Shown in pieces: positions 8,015-19,221 of a stretch of DNA of 31,476 nucleotides. The notes under the pieces are model-generated. The model was not told the origin of the DNA, ran no database searches, and saw only the letters and a list, made by a program, of their open reading frames with translations. Within the stretch, counting starts at the first letter, position 1. Each line of letters starts with the position of its first letter. The DNA lies in contig JBJTTJ010000037.1 in assembly GCA_046080125.1 (NCBI GenBank), positions 1-31,476 of the forward strand. Direction: 5' to 3'. This DNA is from Cuspidothrix sp. (GTDB lineage Bacteria; Cyanobacteriota; Cyanobacteriia; Cyanobacteriales; Nostocaceae). The translations under genes and the position numbers were made by a program.

Positions 8015-10621
8015 TTAATTAACCGAAAAAGTTTCTAAAGTTTCCTTTAATTCCTGTGAAACATCTACTGCTTTCTCTAAAGATTGATAAATTTGACGAT
8101 AATTATCACTACTACGAGTGGAGATGCTGTTCATTTTTTCGATAGTTTGGCTCAGAAGTTGTGATGTTTGTAATTCGGATGCAGTCGAATTTAAAATAGA
8201 GTTGCTCAAGCTATCTATCTGTTGTGATACATCGAGAATTTGTTGTAACTGCTGTTTTACATTTTTAATCATCTGGCTACTTTCAATAACTCGATTATTT
8301 CCCATAGTCATTGTTTGTAACATTTCGCTGGTTTCTTGCTGAATGTTGGTAATTATTTCTTCGATTTCCTGAATTACGGTAGCACTTCTACCGGCTAATT
8401 CTCCTACTTCTTCAGCTACTACAGCAAAACCTTGGCCTTCTTCTCCTGCTTTTGCCGCCTCAATTCCAGCATTAATTCCTAGTAAATTAGTTTGCATAGC
8501 AATTTGATTAATGATAGAAACTACACGAGAAATTTGTTGGGAAGATGCCCCTAACCATTTTAATTTTTTAGTTGTTTCCTCAACTGTTTCCTGGATTAAT
8601 AAAATATTTTGCAATGTTAACTCCATTGCTGCTTGAGTATCTATAGCTTTATGATTGCTTTCATTAACAATTTTAACAGTTTGCTGCGCCATATTTCCTA
8701 TAGATTGAAGAGCAATTGTCATCTTGTTAATGCTTTCTAAGCTGTGGTTAAGTTGTGGTTCTATCACTGTTTCTGCTGTGAGTTGTTTGAAGGAAATATT
8801 CACCTCACTTACAGATTGTTGAATTTGGTTGATAATTGGCTGAAGATTATTCTGAAAATCGTGTATTTCTAAACTATCTTGACTATTATTCACTTGTTTA
8901 TTTGCTGTTAATCTTTTAATCTGGTCTACCAGATAGGATTGTTCTAAAGCATAACCTATTTCCATTACTATCTGTGTCAAGAAACTAATTTCTTCTTGTT
9001 GCCAATTATGGCAATTTTGACAATGATGAACAATTAAAAAGCCTTTAATTTCTCCATGAATGAAAATTGGTGCAGTGATACTGCTCTGAACATACAATTT
9101 TTTCAGCCAGTCAAGATAACTATTAGTTATATTAGTAGCTGTTTCTGAATTGGATATGATTTGTAATTGAGGATTTGCTGCTAGTTCTTGCCAATGAGCA
9201 TCATTATTATATGCACCCAGGATTTTTTCCCAAGTCCCATTTATTGATTCAGCAACAAATTTTCCTGTTTGATTATCTTTACTAAGCTTATAAATTATTA
9301 CTCTGTCTGCTTTAAGGATTTGAACAAGTTCCGAAACTACTGTTTGATAAATGTATTCAGGCTGAAAATGCAAGCGCATTTTTTTAGTAATATTTAAAAT
9401 TAATTCTAGCCATTGCATTTCTCTTGCTGGGTATTCATCTAGCTTGGCTGCATTGAGATGTCTGTCCTCTTGGCTACCCCTTAAATTACCTAGAGATGTA
9501 TCATTTTTATTCTTAATTCGTTGACTTAATATGGCTACTACCAAAGTCATTAATAATGCGATTAGTGGAGTTGTACTGGCAATTAATGTTAAAAATTCTC
9601 TTTGAGGTTTAAAGGCAATAGTTGTATCTTTAGCCAGGATTAATTGCCAATTGGTTTCTGGTAAATCTGCTAATTTGCGAAATGGTATATAACTGATTAA
9701 TTCTTGTTTTCGATTAGTTTTAGCAATTGCCGTAAATGTATCAATATTTTTCGCTTTTAAAACATTAGCTAAAGCTGGATATATTTCCATAGCATCTTTC
9801 CCAAATAAATTTGTCTGGGAACTGATAACGATTTTTCCTGTTTCATCTAAAAAATAATATGTATCATTTGTATAGCCTCGTACTACTTCTTCTAAGGTTT
9901 TTAAGGGTATACGAGTTCTAACTATACCAATAGTATTGCCCTGGTCTTTAATAGGTGCAGCAATATAAATGACTGCACCTATATTGTTTAGAAAAACAGG
10001 TTGACTAATAATCGAAGTATTTTTTCTAATTGCTTCTTGAAAATAAAGCTGTTCGTTTTCTGGGGTTAAAGTTTCTCCTGCTGATTGAATGATTACTTGT
10101 CCCTTCAGATCAAATGCAGCTACACTATCATAAACTTTACTTGTTTTTATTAGTCGGTTTAAAGAGTCTTTTGTTTCTAGATTAAATCGAATTGTGTTAA
10201 CTTTATCTACTAAATTTGCTTGTGCAGATGGTGTTTTTTTAGGGACAGTATTTTTATCCAACCAGAAGAAGTTAGGTAATACTTGAATATCTCCATGGTG
10301 CTTCTGAATCAGACTATTGACTGTATCATTAATGCTAATGGCTTTAGTTTCTTGAGATGTGATAATTTGTTTAGTAATTAAGTTGCTACCAAAAATATAA
10401 GCGATCGCACCGATTCCTAATACTGGCAAAGTGCCCACAGCTATAGACAAGATTATAGATTTGGTACTTAACCTAAATTTACTAACATATTTCAAGGCGA
10501 GATTTTTACTATTCTCTGGAATAGATTTTTCTGGTGTATTATCTATAGGTTTAGTGGAAGTAATCAAGGTTAGTTGATTTTGAGGATCTGTGTTTTGTTT
10601 GATATTAGTTTTATTGAACAT
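8015..10621 (-). CDS. Methyl-accepting chemotaxis protein (PilJ/HmpD-like). Two TM segments flank a ~300-aa extracytoplasmic region, followed by a GAF domain and an MCP signalling domain
   Basis: Highly conserved MCP signalling core …[29 protein letters not shown]… A GAF-like region (…[11 protein letters not shown]…). Two hydrophobic helices near residues 55-80 and 340-365. Confidence 0.88.
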   Translation of the reverse strand: MFNKTNIKQNTDPQNQLTLITSTKPIDNTPEKSIPENSKNLALKYVSKFRLSTKSIILSIAVGTLPVLGIGAIAYIFGSNLITKQIITSQETKAISINDTVNSLIQKHHGDIQVLPNFFWLDKNTVPKKTPSAQANLVDKVNTIRFNLETKDSLNRLIKTSKVYDSVAAFDLKGQVIIQSAGETLTPENEQLYFQEAIRKNTSIISQPVFLNNIGAVIYIAAPIKDQGNTIGIVRTRIPLKTLEEVVRGYTNDTYYFLDETGKIVISSQTNLFGKDAMEIYPALANVLKAKNIDTFTAIAKTNRKQELISYIPFRKLADLPETNWQLILAKDTTIAFKPQREFLTLIASTTPLIALLMTLVVAILSQRIKNKNDTSLGNLRGSQEDRHLNAAKLDEYPAREMQWLELILNITKKMRLHFQPEYIYQTVVSELVQILKADRVIIYKLSKDNQTGKFVAESINGTWEKILGAYNNDAHWQELAANPQLQIISNSETATNITNSYLDWLKKLYVQSSITAPIFIHGEIKGFLIVHHCQNCHNWQQEEISFLTQIVMEIGYALEQSYLVDQIKRLTANKQVNNSQDSLEIHDFQNNLQPIINQIQQSVSEVNISFKQLTAETVIEPQLNHSLESINKMTIALQSIGNMAQQTVKIVNESNHKAIDTQAAMELTLQNILLIQETVEETTKKLKWLGASSQQISRVVSIINQIAMQTNLLGINAGIEAAKAGEEGQGFAVVAEEVGELAGRSATVIQEIEEIITNIQQETSEMLQTMTMGNNRVIESSQMIKNVKQQLQQILDVSQQIDSLSNSILNSTASELQTSQLLSQTIEKMNSISTRSSDNYRQIYQSLEKAVDVSQELKETLETFSVN

Positions 10622-10683
10622 ACATTAGTCACCCTGCATAGAAAGTAGATAAAAACATTTAACACAAGATTTCCCAGTATTAA

Positions 10684-11175
10684 TTAGGAGTTAATACGAA
10701 GAATATCTGATTGTAAAATCTGTACTGCATCTAATACCAATAATATTTCTTCTTGTTGCACTATACAACCACACAAGAAAGGTACTAAACTAGATGCTAC
10801 CTGTCCTACAGGAGAACGAATATCATCAACAGTAAACTTAGTTGTTCCTTGAACTTCTTGGACAACCAAACCTAAGATCATTGATTCTATTTGAATAACA
10901 ATGATGTTATACTGACGTAAGCGATAATCAAGAGATTCCAAATTAAACATCTTAGGTAAATCAACTACCCAGATGATATGACTACGCCAATTCATTAATC
11001 CTAATATACAAGGGGGCATATTGGGAACTGCTGTAACAGATGTCACAGGTGTTACAACTGCCTCCTGAGTATGACTAATGGATAAAACAGCACCTGTTTG
11101 TTGATTGAGTTGAAATTTCAGATAGCTATCTTCTGGTTGAGAATGTGTACTGGGATGGTTGAAATCAGTTTGCAT
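10684..11175 (-). CDS. CheW-like coupling protein (PilI/HmpC-like). The ATG at 11175 is preferred; the longer GTG start at 11265 is possible
   Basis: CheW domain (…LKFQLNQQTGAVLSISHTQEAV…ILGLMNWRSHIIWVVDL…). The first 30 aa of the long ORF are not CheW-like. Confidence 0.75.
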   Translation of the reverse strand: MQTDFNHPSTHSQPEDSYLKFQLNQQTGAVLSISHTQEAVVTPVTSVTAVPNMPPCILGLMNWRSHIIWVVDLPKMFNLESLDYRLRQYNIIVIQIESMILGLVVQEVQGTTKFTVDDIRSPVGQVASSLVPFLCGCIVQQEEILLVLDAVQILQSDILRINS

Positions 11176-11469
11176 CTTTTGTATGAGGATGATGAAAATT
11201 AGTTTATAGGGTTTTTTGCTGGAGTCAAATACTTTAACCCCATTGTAGGAAACTACGGTGTACACAGAAGTTTAATCAAGTGGCCTAAATATCTGACCGC
11301 ATTGTTTGAAGAGTTACCTTTAATTTTAGAGAATATAGTTACCCAGAGATAAAGTTTGTATAAAAGTGGGAAATTCCGGCGCTCACCTTCTAGAGTACCT
11401 ATACCTGCAAGTGTTTATAGACCAGTCTCTGACTGGGGATAATCAGATAGAGACTCTGCTTTTATTATT

Positions 11470-11513
11470 ATTAACTAAAATTACCGTAGCGATGCCTACT
11501 AGCAAGGCATCGC
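11470..11513 (-). terminator. Candidate intrinsic terminator downstream of pnp
   Basis: On the minus strand, an 8-bp GC-rich stem (GCGATGCC / GGCATCGC, 9-nt loop) is followed by UACGGUAAUUUUAGUU. A second AT-rich 13-bp inverted repeat (11514-11526 / 11546-11558) lies between it and the pnp stop. Confidence 0.4.
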
Positions 11514-11568
11514 GGATTTTAGATTTGTGATTCATCCCTAATCTAAAATCTAAAATCCAATCAGTGGT

Positions 11569-13725
11569 TTAACGGTTTACTGATGCTGCTTCCCGTGCTG
11601 CTGCTGCTTGATCTGGGTGGATACCCAAGCGTGTCAGGTTAATGCGTCCCTTATTGTCAATTTCTCGCACCTTGACAATGACCTCATCACCAACAGCTAC
11701 CTCATCTTCAACTTTACCAACACGGTAGTCAGCGAGTTGAGAAATGTGAATCATGCCCTCCTTACCGGGTAAAAATTCCACAAAAGCACCAATGGGTATA
11801 ATCCGAGTCACACGACCGATATAAACATCACCTTCATGAAGTTTACGAGTCATACCTTGAACAATGTTCCGAGCCTTCTTAGCCCTATTTTCATCCACTG
11901 CGGAAATAGTGACAGTACCATCATCTTGGATATCAATTTTAGCACCAGTTTCTTCAGTGATACCCTTAATAGTTTTGCCACCAGGTCCAATGACCAGACC
12001 AATCATGTCAGGATCAATCTTAATCGTTAACAGACGTGGAGCAAAAGGTGAAGTTTCTTCTCTGGGGGTGTCAATAGTTTCCAGCATTTTCTCCAGAATG
12101 TGCAACCGGGCAGATTTGGCTTGGTTGACAGCTTGGGCAATTACCTCTAAAGATAGACCAGATATTTTCATATCCATTTGCAAAGCTGTAATACCGCTAT
12201 CTGTGCCGGCAACTTTAAAGTCCATATCACCCAGGAAATCTTCAATACCTTGAATATCAGTGAGGACTCGTACTTCATCTCCTTCCTTAATTAAACCCAT
12301 AGCCGCACCACTGACGGGTTTGGTAATTGGTACACCGGCATCCATGAGAGAGAGAGTAGAACCACAAACTGAACCCATAGATGTAGAACCATTAGAAGAA
12401 AGAACTTCTGAAACGACGCGAATTACGTAGGGGAACTGGTCTTTAGGTGGTAATACAGGTAACAAAGCTCTTTCCGCTAATGCACCATGGCCAATTTCTC
12501 GTCTACCGGGGGCGCGTAATGGTTTAGTTTCGCCCACGGAGAAGGGAGGGAAATTATAGTGATGTAGATAACGCTTGGCTTGGTCTAATTGTAAGTCATC
12601 ACTCAAGTTTTGGGCATCACCCGGAGTCCCTAGAGTACACATTGATAGGACCTGAGTCAGTCCTCGGTTAAATAGACCGCTACCATGAACTCGTTTAGGG
12701 ATTAAACCTACACGGCAAGACACAGGGCGGACTTCATCAAGTTTGCGACCATCAACGCGGATGTTATCTTCAATAATTTGACGGCGCATCAGATATTTGG
12801 TAATACTTTTGAAAGTATTACCCAAGGCCTTAGAATCTGCTGTAGCCGCAACGCGAATGGAGTCTTCTTCTGATAAAGCGGCAATTTCTGCTGCAATGGC
12901 ATCTTTAACTGCATCCAAAGCAATATCCCGATCAGTTTTAGTCAACTCAAATTGAGCCAGGATTTTCTTAATTTGATCACCAGCGCGATCGCGGATATAG
13001 TTTTCTAATGTCTGATCCACTTCTGGGGGTACTTCTGCCACAGATTTAAGACCTAGTTCTGCCACTAAATCCAACTGAGCTTGAATTAAATCTCGTACCG
13101 CCTCATAGCCAAAATCAATTGCCTCAATAATATCCCGTTCTGGCAACTGATTCGCACCAGCTTCCACCATGATGACACCATCTGGTGAACCTGCTACCAC
13201 TAGATCCAAATCTCCTGCCTCAATTTCTGCGTAGGTAGGATTAATAATAAAATCATCACCCACTAAGCCAACCCGCACTGCGGCCATGGGTCCATTAAAG
13301 GGAATTTGGGCAATGAGGGTAGCAATTGAAGCGCCTGTCACGGCTAAGACATCCGGTGGAACTTGCTCATCCATGGACATCGTTAAGGCCACAACTTGTA
13401 AATCATCCCGTAACCATGAAGGAAATAAAGGACGAAGGGGACGATCAATCAGACGACTGGTAAGAATTGCCTTTTCCGGTGGACGACCTTCCCGACGCAT
13501 AATTCCTCCGGGAATTCTGCCTGCCGCATATAGTCTTTCTTCATAATCCACGGTCAGAGGCAAAAAATCAACGCCCTCTCTAGCGGCTGATCTTGTCGCT
13601 GTTACTAAAACAGTTGTATCACCTGATTGTATCAACACCGACCCACCTGCTTGGGGGGCCAGTAGGCCAACCGTTAGTCGAATATCCCGTCCATCAAAGG
13701 ATATTGACTTTTCAAATTCTGCCAT
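11569..13725 (-). CDS. pnp: Polyribonucleotide nucleotidyltransferase (PNPase)
   Basis: 718 aa with two RNase PH domains, KH and S1 (…[20 protein letters not shown]…). Canonical N-terminus [15 protein letters not shown]. Confidence 0.93.
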   Translation of the reverse strand: MAEFEKSISFDGRDIRLTVGLLAPQAGGSVLIQSGDTTVLVTATRSAAREGVDFLPLTVDYEERLYAAGRIPGGIMRREGRPPEKAILTSRLIDRPLRPLFPSWLRDDLQVVALTMSMDEQVPPDVLAVTGASIATLIAQIPFNGPMAAVRVGLVGDDFIINPTYAEIEAGDLDLVVAGSPDGVIMVEAGANQLPERDIIEAIDFGYEAVRDLIQAQLDLVAELGLKSVAEVPPEVDQTLENYIRDRAGDQIKKILAQFELTKTDRDIALDAVKDAIAAEIAALSEEDSIRVAATADSKALGNTFKSITKYLMRRQIIEDNIRVDGRKLDEVRPVSCRVGLIPKRVHGSGLFNRGLTQVLSMCTLGTPGDAQNLSDDLQLDQAKRYLHHYNFPPFSVGETKPLRAPGRREIGHGALAERALLPVLPPKDQFPYVIRVVSEVLSSNGSTSMGSVCGSTLSLMDAGVPITKPVSGAAMGLIKEGDEVRVLTDIQGIEDFLGDMDFKVAGTDSGITALQMDMKISGLSLEVIAQAVNQAKSARLHILEKMLETIDTPREETSPFAPRLLTIKIDPDMIGLVIGPGGKTIKGITEETGAKIDIQDDGTVTISAVDENRAKKARNIVQGMTRKLHEGDVYIGRVTRIIPIGAFVEFLPGKEGMIHISQLADYRVGKVEDEVAVGDEVIVKVREIDNKGRINLTRLGIHPDQAAAAREAASVNR

Positions 13726-14007
13726 TCAGTTTTTTTTCCTTCTCTTGCGCGATTCTCACTCTGTGGCAATCCTAACATTTATGCAGTCTAGACGGCTTGT
13801 GTCATGAACAAACATAAAACAAAATTTCCCCAGTTGGTAGCAAGGTGGGTCTAATATCGGAGTTTGTCATCTCAGCCATATTTTTCAGCAGGATTTCATA
13901 ATAGTTCATCAATCAATTAGGATCTAATTAACCATATTGTACTTACCCTTACTATTTAAAAACAATGAAGTCGGGGATCTGGGTATGAACATAAATTATG
14001 AAATTAT

Positions 14008-14796
14008 TCAAGCGCCCATACCTGAATAGTGTTTTAAACCCATACGCCATAGTAGACGATTAGCGCCTAAAAATATGAAAAACCAGCCTAAAATTGACAA
14101 AAATCCTCCATGTAAATTTACTGGCAGTCCTACCAAAATACTAGCTGGAAAATTAATTATGTAGGGAAAAGGTGTTAGCATAGCTAGGGTTCTGATCGAC
14201 TGGGGAAAAACATCTAAAGGAGCGATTAAACCTGATAAAAATATAAAAAACAACAGCCATAAATTTTCCAAAGCTGCTGTTCTTTCTGTCCAAAATGCAA
14301 ACATAGCAAAAGTATATTGTATGATAAATCTTAAAGAGAAAGCCATAGTTAGCGCCAGTATAAATAATAATATATTAGCTAGACTTGGCAACCATATTGC
14401 TTGGGGATAGAGGACAAAAAATAATATTGATACCATTAATACAAAAGGGATTCTGGCTAATTTTTCGCTCAGATGGATAGTGATATGATGCCAGACAGGA
14501 TCTATAGTTTGTAATAATTTTAGTGATAGTTTACCTTCCAATACTTCTTTTTCAAAATCATAAATTACCCAAGCGGTAGTCATTTGTCTAGACAGAAAAA
14601 CGGCGAAAAAATATCGTATAAAATCTATCGAGCTAAAGGGGAATTTACCACTTTTAGAGGCTTGATCCCAAATACCCATCATGATAATTGGTAAAGATCC
14701 AGCTAACACCCATAATAATAGTTCTGATCTGTATTCTAGCAGATAGGCATAGTGTACAGAGAGTAAAGTGAAGAACTGCTTGAGATTTTTTTTCAT
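14008..14796 (-). CDS. ABC-2 family transporter permease
   Basis: 262 aa, about 6 TM helices with ABC-2 topology. It starts 5 bp after the stop of the upstream ABC ATPase on the same strand. Confidence 0.75.
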   Translation of the reverse strand: MKKNLKQFFTLLSVHYAYLLEYRSELLLWVLAGSLPIIMMGIWDQASKSGKFPFSSIDFIRYFFAVFLSRQMTTAWVIYDFEKEVLEGKLSLKLLQTIDPVWHHITIHLSEKLARIPFVLMVSILFFVLYPQAIWLPSLANILLFILALTMAFSLRFIIQYTFAMFAFWTERTAALENLWLLFFIFLSGLIAPLDVFPQSIRTLAMLTPFPYIINFPASILVGLPVNLHGGFLSILGWFFIFLGANRLLWRMGLKHYSGMGA

Positions 14797-14801
14797 AGGT
14801 A

Positions 14802-15785
14802 TTAGTTGTTAAATCCCGTTTTAAAAACTCTACCAATTACCTCTTCTACTGGTAGTTCTTTTACAGTTAAATCCACCACATCCAGATTAGCTAAAATTTC
14901 AGAAACAGTTCGTGTCATTGCTTCTTGTTGAACAATGAATCTGACTGATCTTCCTTCCAGCATTTGTACATCACCATAGGTTTTCAGATTTGCTAGTGGT
15001 AATGGTTGACCTAACTCGACATAAATTTCCCGATAGGGAGAAAAAGTTGCTAATAATCCATTTAATTCCCCATCATACATAAGTTTTCCATGATGAATTA
15101 ATAACACCCTTTGACATAGAGCCGTAATATCTGCCATGTAGTGACTTGTTAGTAAGATAGTTGCTTGATATAGCTGATTATATTCCTTTAAGAAATCCCG
15201 TACTCCCACCTGAGCATTGATATCTAAACCTAAAGTTGGTTCATCTAGAAATAAAACTTGGGGACGGTGTAAAAGTGCTGCTAATAGTTCAGCTTTCATC
15301 CGTTCACCCAGCGATAATTTTCGTACAGGTTGGGTTAATTTACCTGCTAAAGAGAGCATTTCTATTAGTTCCCCAACTCGACGCTGAAATTCCTGATCAG
15401 AAAGATTATAGACTGCGGCGTTAATTCTTAAAGAATCGAGGGCGGGTAAATCCCAAATTAATTGCTGTTTTTGTCCCATGACCAAGGTAATTTTTTGTAG
15501 AAATGCTTCTTGACGCTTAAAAGGAGTGAATCCGCCCACTTTAACTGTACCATGGGAGGGGTGTATTAAGCCTGTGAGCATTTTTAGAGTAGTGGTTTTA
15601 CCTGCACCATTAGGGCCTAAAAAACCGACCATTTCCCCTGGTTCAATAGTGAAAGAAACATCTTCAACTGCTGTAATATTGCGATAAGTGCGGCGAAAAA
15701 AATGGCTAATAGTTCCCTTTATTCCCGGATCTTTAATCGCTACCGAGTATGATTTACTGAGATTGTTTGCAATAATAATTGACAT
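14802..15785 (-). CDS. ABC transporter ATP-binding protein (ABC-2 / export type). Alternative start at 15815
   Basis: Walker A GPNGAGKTT, signature LSLGERMK, Walker B LLFLDEPTLGLD, H-loop. A typical N-terminus MSIIIANNLSKSY begins at 15785. Confidence 0.85.
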   Translation of the reverse strand: MSIIIANNLSKSYSVAIKDPGIKGTISHFFRRTYRNITAVEDVSFTIEPGEMVGFLGPNGAGKTTTLKMLTGLIHPSHGTVKVGGFTPFKRQEAFLQKITLVMGQKQQLIWDLPALDSLRINAAVYNLSDQEFQRRVGELIEMLSLAGKLTQPVRKLSLGERMKAELLAALLHRPQVLFLDEPTLGLDINAQVGVRDFLKEYNQLYQATILLTSHYMADITALCQRVLLIHHGKLMYDGELNGLLATFSPYREIYVELGQPLPLANLKTYGDVQMLEGRSVRFIVQQEAMTRTVSEILANLDVVDLTVKELPVEEVIGRVFKTGFNN

Positions 15786-16079
15786 ATAGGAATCCGATTT
15801 GATTCGTGAAATCATTTGTGTAGGCAGACAGGAGGCAAAAGGGTGTGAGAAGAGTGAGGAGTCAGGGAGTTGGGGGAAAAAATAAAAAATTTTTTCCTCT
15901 GACCATCCTCTGGAGTGAGAAATATTCTGTTATTGTTGAGCAATAATAAAGTTTGATGATGATCCCCAAAAAAAAAGGGCTCAAATTTGTTAATTGACAT
16001 ATACTGTCACAAAATACCATCAACAGTATAGTTATAATGAGTAACGACAGTTTGAGCCATCTACCAAAGGTTTTAAATT

Positions 16080-17144
16080 TTACAAAAGGTCAGTAAAGCG
16101 ACCATCATCTTGTAAAGTTTTGAGAATCTGCTTAATTTGCTGGGTGCGGTCTTTTTTAACTACTAGAGTGACATTGCGATCGCGGACAATCACCACATCT
16201 TCTAGGCCAATAGTAACAATGACATCATCAGGATTGGAGGCATAAACAATTGCACCTTGAGTATCCAGACCCAGGTGGGTAGCAAGTTCGACATTGGGAT
16301 GATCTTTGTGCTTGAGTAAGCGTTCAAGAGCATTCCAATCACCCAGATCATCCCATGGGAATGACACAGGTAAAACATAAGCTAGACTTGTTTTTTCCAT
16401 CAGAGCGTAATCTATGCTTTTTTTAGGTAACTGGGGGTAAATATCAGGGCCTTGTGCAGCCAAAGGTTCAATAATATCTGGTGCATGGGTGCGTAATTCT
16501 TGTAAAATAACACCTGCTCGGAAGACAAATATACCACTATTCCAGCTAAAGCCACCCGTTGCCAAAAAAGATGCTGCCGTTTCCCCGTTAGGCTTTTCAG
16601 TAAAACGGTTAACATGATATGCGGGCAAGCCCTTAAAAATACCTACTTTTTCACCTTGTTGAATATAACCATAACCAGTTGATGGGAAATTAGGTGTTAT
16701 TCCCAGGGTGACAATTGCGGCTTTAGCAGTTGCTAAATCAGTGGCAGCAGCCAAACTTTTGGCAAATACTCCTGTATCATCAATCCAGTGATCGGCGGGG
16801 AAAAAGCCAATAAGAGCGTCTTCCCCGTAACGTTTTTGAATTTCCAAACTTGTCCAAGCAACGGCGGCGGCGGTATCTCGTCCTTGTGATTCAATGAGTA
16901 AATTTGATGTTGGCAAATTGGGCAATTGTTCTCTTACCCCCTGGGAGATCGAACTAGAAGTGATTACCCAAAGGTTTTCCCAGCCTCCGGCCAGTATTAA
17001 TAGTCTATCAGCAGTTGCTTGCAATAAACTTCTAGAGCTACCATCAAAGCTTAGAAATTGCTTGGGTCGGTCTAGTCGGCTTAAAGGCCAAAAACGTTCA
17101 CCCTTTCCGCCGGCCAAAATCACAGGAAAAAATAAATTATTCAT
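16080..17144 (-). CDS. manC: Mannose-1-phosphate guanylyltransferase (NTP-transferase domain only, no PMI domain). Start at ATG 17144 rather than the ORF-track 17177
   Basis: N-terminus PVILAGGKGERFWPLSR (G-x-G-x-R nucleotide-binding motif) and overall GMP-type similarity. 354 aa from the ATG at 17144. Confidence 0.8.
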   Translation of the reverse strand: MNNLFFPVILAGGKGERFWPLSRLDRPKQFLSFDGSSRSLLQATADRLLILAGGWENLWVITSSSISQGVREQLPNLPTSNLLIESQGRDTAAAVAWTSLEIQKRYGEDALIGFFPADHWIDDTGVFAKSLAAATDLATAKAAIVTLGITPNFPSTGYGYIQQGEKVGIFKGLPAYHVNRFTEKPNGETAASFLATGGFSWNSGIFVFRAGVILQELRTHAPDIIEPLAAQGPDIYPQLPKKSIDYALMEKTSLAYVLPVSFPWDDLGDWNALERLLKHKDHPNVELATHLGLDTQGAIVYASNPDDVIVTIGLEDVVIVRDRNVTLVVKKDRTQQIKQILKTLQDDGRFTDLL

Positions 17145-17548
17145 GTTCGCATACACGCTTAATTCAAAACAATACAAGTGTTCATTTCTCTCATTTTAGA
17201 TTGTTGCCGGGGATACTAGTAAAAAATGTGGTAAGGATTACACATAGCAGAAGTTAAGAGTATATTGGTGTATCACTTTTTTTTGAAGCAAATGTTTTTC
17301 TATTGCCTCTTAGCTGTTTGCTGGTTCAGACTTCACCGAAAAAACATCTCATTGGTGTTGCTTCAATCTAAAATTTCATAGTTAGTAGAGCGGTTTCGAG
17401 GTAAATGAAGTACAGACTGAAAACCGAAACATGGCTTAGTCCAAGGTAGGCTATCAAATAGCGACTGTGTTTCACCTCCTGGCTCCTGCCTTCTGCCGTA
17501 TTAGCTTCGAGTATTTGTACCTTGTATTAACATACCTTTAAGGAGTGG

Positions 17549-19072
17549 TTGAGTGGGGAGAAAATTGTGATTAAACAAATTCAATGGTCAGAAAACCAGG
17601 TAACACCTCAACAAGTAGCAACCTCAGAACTGGAGGTGAAACAGCCACCGGTTCAGCAGTCAGAACATCAAGGATCACAGGCAAAAATTTCAGTTGCCAA
17701 TTCCCCAGTTAAAGCAAAACCGTCGGATCGATCGTCCCTGAATGTAGTTGAATCCGTGGGTGCTATTCCCAAGGAACTCTATGATCGTTTAGGATTAACA
17801 GTTCCTCGCTGGTTGCTGTGGGTATTAACTGTTGTTCTAAGTATAATTTTATCTGGTTTACTGGCATCAAGTTTAGCATTATGGACTCCACTATGGAGCA
17901 ACCTAGACCAAGCGAAAGACGATGAATTTGGTGCTAACAGACAAGATCAAGTAAAAGCGCCCAGAGATTTATGGACTAAGCTTTCCCAGTATAAACTGTC
18001 AAGACCCATGAACATTTTAATTATGGGTATTGAACCAGTTCCAGGGACTATAGAAGGTTCACCAGAAAGTTTTGCTGGTAGTAGCGACACCATGATGCTG
18101 GTTAGATTAAATCCTAGTGATAAATCTATTCGTGTCCTCTCAATTCCCAGGGGGACAATGATCGCCATCCCTGAACAGGGATTGACTAAGGTATCAGAAG
18201 CTAACGCTAAAGGTGGGCCAGTTTTAGCGGCACGAGTAGTCAGCCGCAGTCTCAGTAATGCCCCCATAGATCGTTATATCCGAATTTCGACTAGGGGATT
18301 TCGGGAATTAGTGGGTCAGTTGGGTGGGGTAGATGTATTTGTGCCTGAAACCATGAATTATCAAGATCAGACCGGTGGCTTTGGGGTCAATTTAGTCGCT
18401 GGTTGGCAAAGTCTTAACGGTGAGCAGGCAGAACAATTTGTCCGCTTTCGCCAAGAAGGTATGGGAGATTTACCCAGAGTTCAACGACAACAAGCACTTA
18501 TAACTTCTCTATTGCAACGTCTTAATAGTCCTACTGTTTTGCCGAGATTGCCCCAATTGACTCGTATTATGAGAAAGTATTTTGATACTAATCTCAGGAT
18601 GGAAGAAATGATGGCCTTGGCTAATTTTTCCGTCAATGTAGAACGGGATAATTTCCAAATAGCTATGTTACCTGGTACTTTTAGCAAATTTAGTCAAGAT
18701 TCCAATAGCTATTGGCTGAATATGACTGGTCAACAAAGCTTATTAAATGATTATGTTGGTGTAGACTTAGCTAGTCTGAAATCAGATAATCGGCCAGTGT
18801 CTATTCGTAGAGTTGCTGTTCAGAATACGACTAATCAACCCCAGTTAACGGAAAAAGTAATTACCCGTCTTAAACAAAAAGGGTTTACTAATGTTTACGC
18901 TATTGCTGACTGGCCAGATACCCAACGACAAACCCAGATCATTGTCCAAAAGGGCAACCGACAACCGGGAATTGAGTTGCGAGAAGTTCTAGGTTTAGGA
19001 GAGATTGAAGTTTCGGGAAATGGGGACTTAGAATCTGATCTGACCATTCGTATTGGTAAGGATTGGAAATAG
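17549..19072 (+). CDS. LytR-CpsA-Psr (LCP) family cell-envelope glycopolymer transferase-like protein with ~85-aa N-terminal extension and single TM helix
   Basis: LCP core …MNILIMGIEP…SDTMMLVRLNPSDKSIRVLSIPRGTM… TM helix WLLWVLTVVLSIILSGLLASS. The TTG (17549) and GTG (17566) start candidates lie near AAGGAG. Confidence 0.8.
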   Translation: MSGEKIVIKQIQWSENQVTPQQVATSELEVKQPPVQQSEHQGSQAKISVANSPVKAKPSDRSSLNVVESVGAIPKELYDRLGLTVPRWLLWVLTVVLSIILSGLLASSLALWTPLWSNLDQAKDDEFGANRQDQVKAPRDLWTKLSQYKLSRPMNILIMGIEPVPGTIEGSPESFAGSSDTMMLVRLNPSDKSIRVLSIPRGTMIAIPEQGLTKVSEANAKGGPVLAARVVSRSLSNAPIDRYIRISTRGFRELVGQLGGVDVFVPETMNYQDQTGGFGVNLVAGWQSLNGEQAEQFVRFRQEGMGDLPRVQRQQALITSLLQRLNSPTVLPRLPQLTRIMRKYFDTNLRMEEMMALANFSVNVERDNFQIAMLPGTFSKFSQDSNSYWLNMTGQQSLLNDYVGVDLASLKSDNRPVSIRRVAVQNTTNQPQLTEKVITRLKQKGFTNVYAIADWPDTQRQTQIIVQKGNRQPGIELREVLGLGEIEVSGNGDLESDLTIRIGKDWK

Positions 19073-19079
19073 TGAGTAG

Positions 19080-19200
19080 TCAGTTGTCAGTTGTAAGTTG
19101 TCCGTTGTTATAGCAACTGTTACAGATGTATTTCAAGCAAGTGTATACCGTTGAAAAATAACTAATGACAACCAAAAACTGACAACTAATAAGTAAATAA
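19080..19200. repeat. STRR-type heptamer tandem repeats (AGTTGTC/GACAACT family) in inverted arrangement
   Basis: cagttgtcagttgtaagttgtccgttgtt … caaccaaaaactgacaactaataag…cgactgacaatt. The two halves are complementary and could form a long stem-loop between the LCP gene and the pentapeptide gene. Confidence 0.6.
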
Positions 19201-19221
19201 CGACTGACAATTAACAAATTT

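Noticed and set aside
8800-9400. MCP GAF domain as a cyanobacteriochrome (bilin-binding photoreceptor), because of HHCQNCH
   Set aside because: No DXCF motif is present, the Cys-His is not in the canonical context, and PilJ/HmpD-type MCPs are known to carry non-photosensory GAF domains. It is kept only as a note inside the chemotaxis finding.
19080-19200. CRISPR array, suggested by the regular short repeats
   Set aside because: The units are 7-nt STRR heptamers in tandem with no 25-40-bp repeat/spacer periodicity. No cas genes are nearby. The same applies to 28366-28459.
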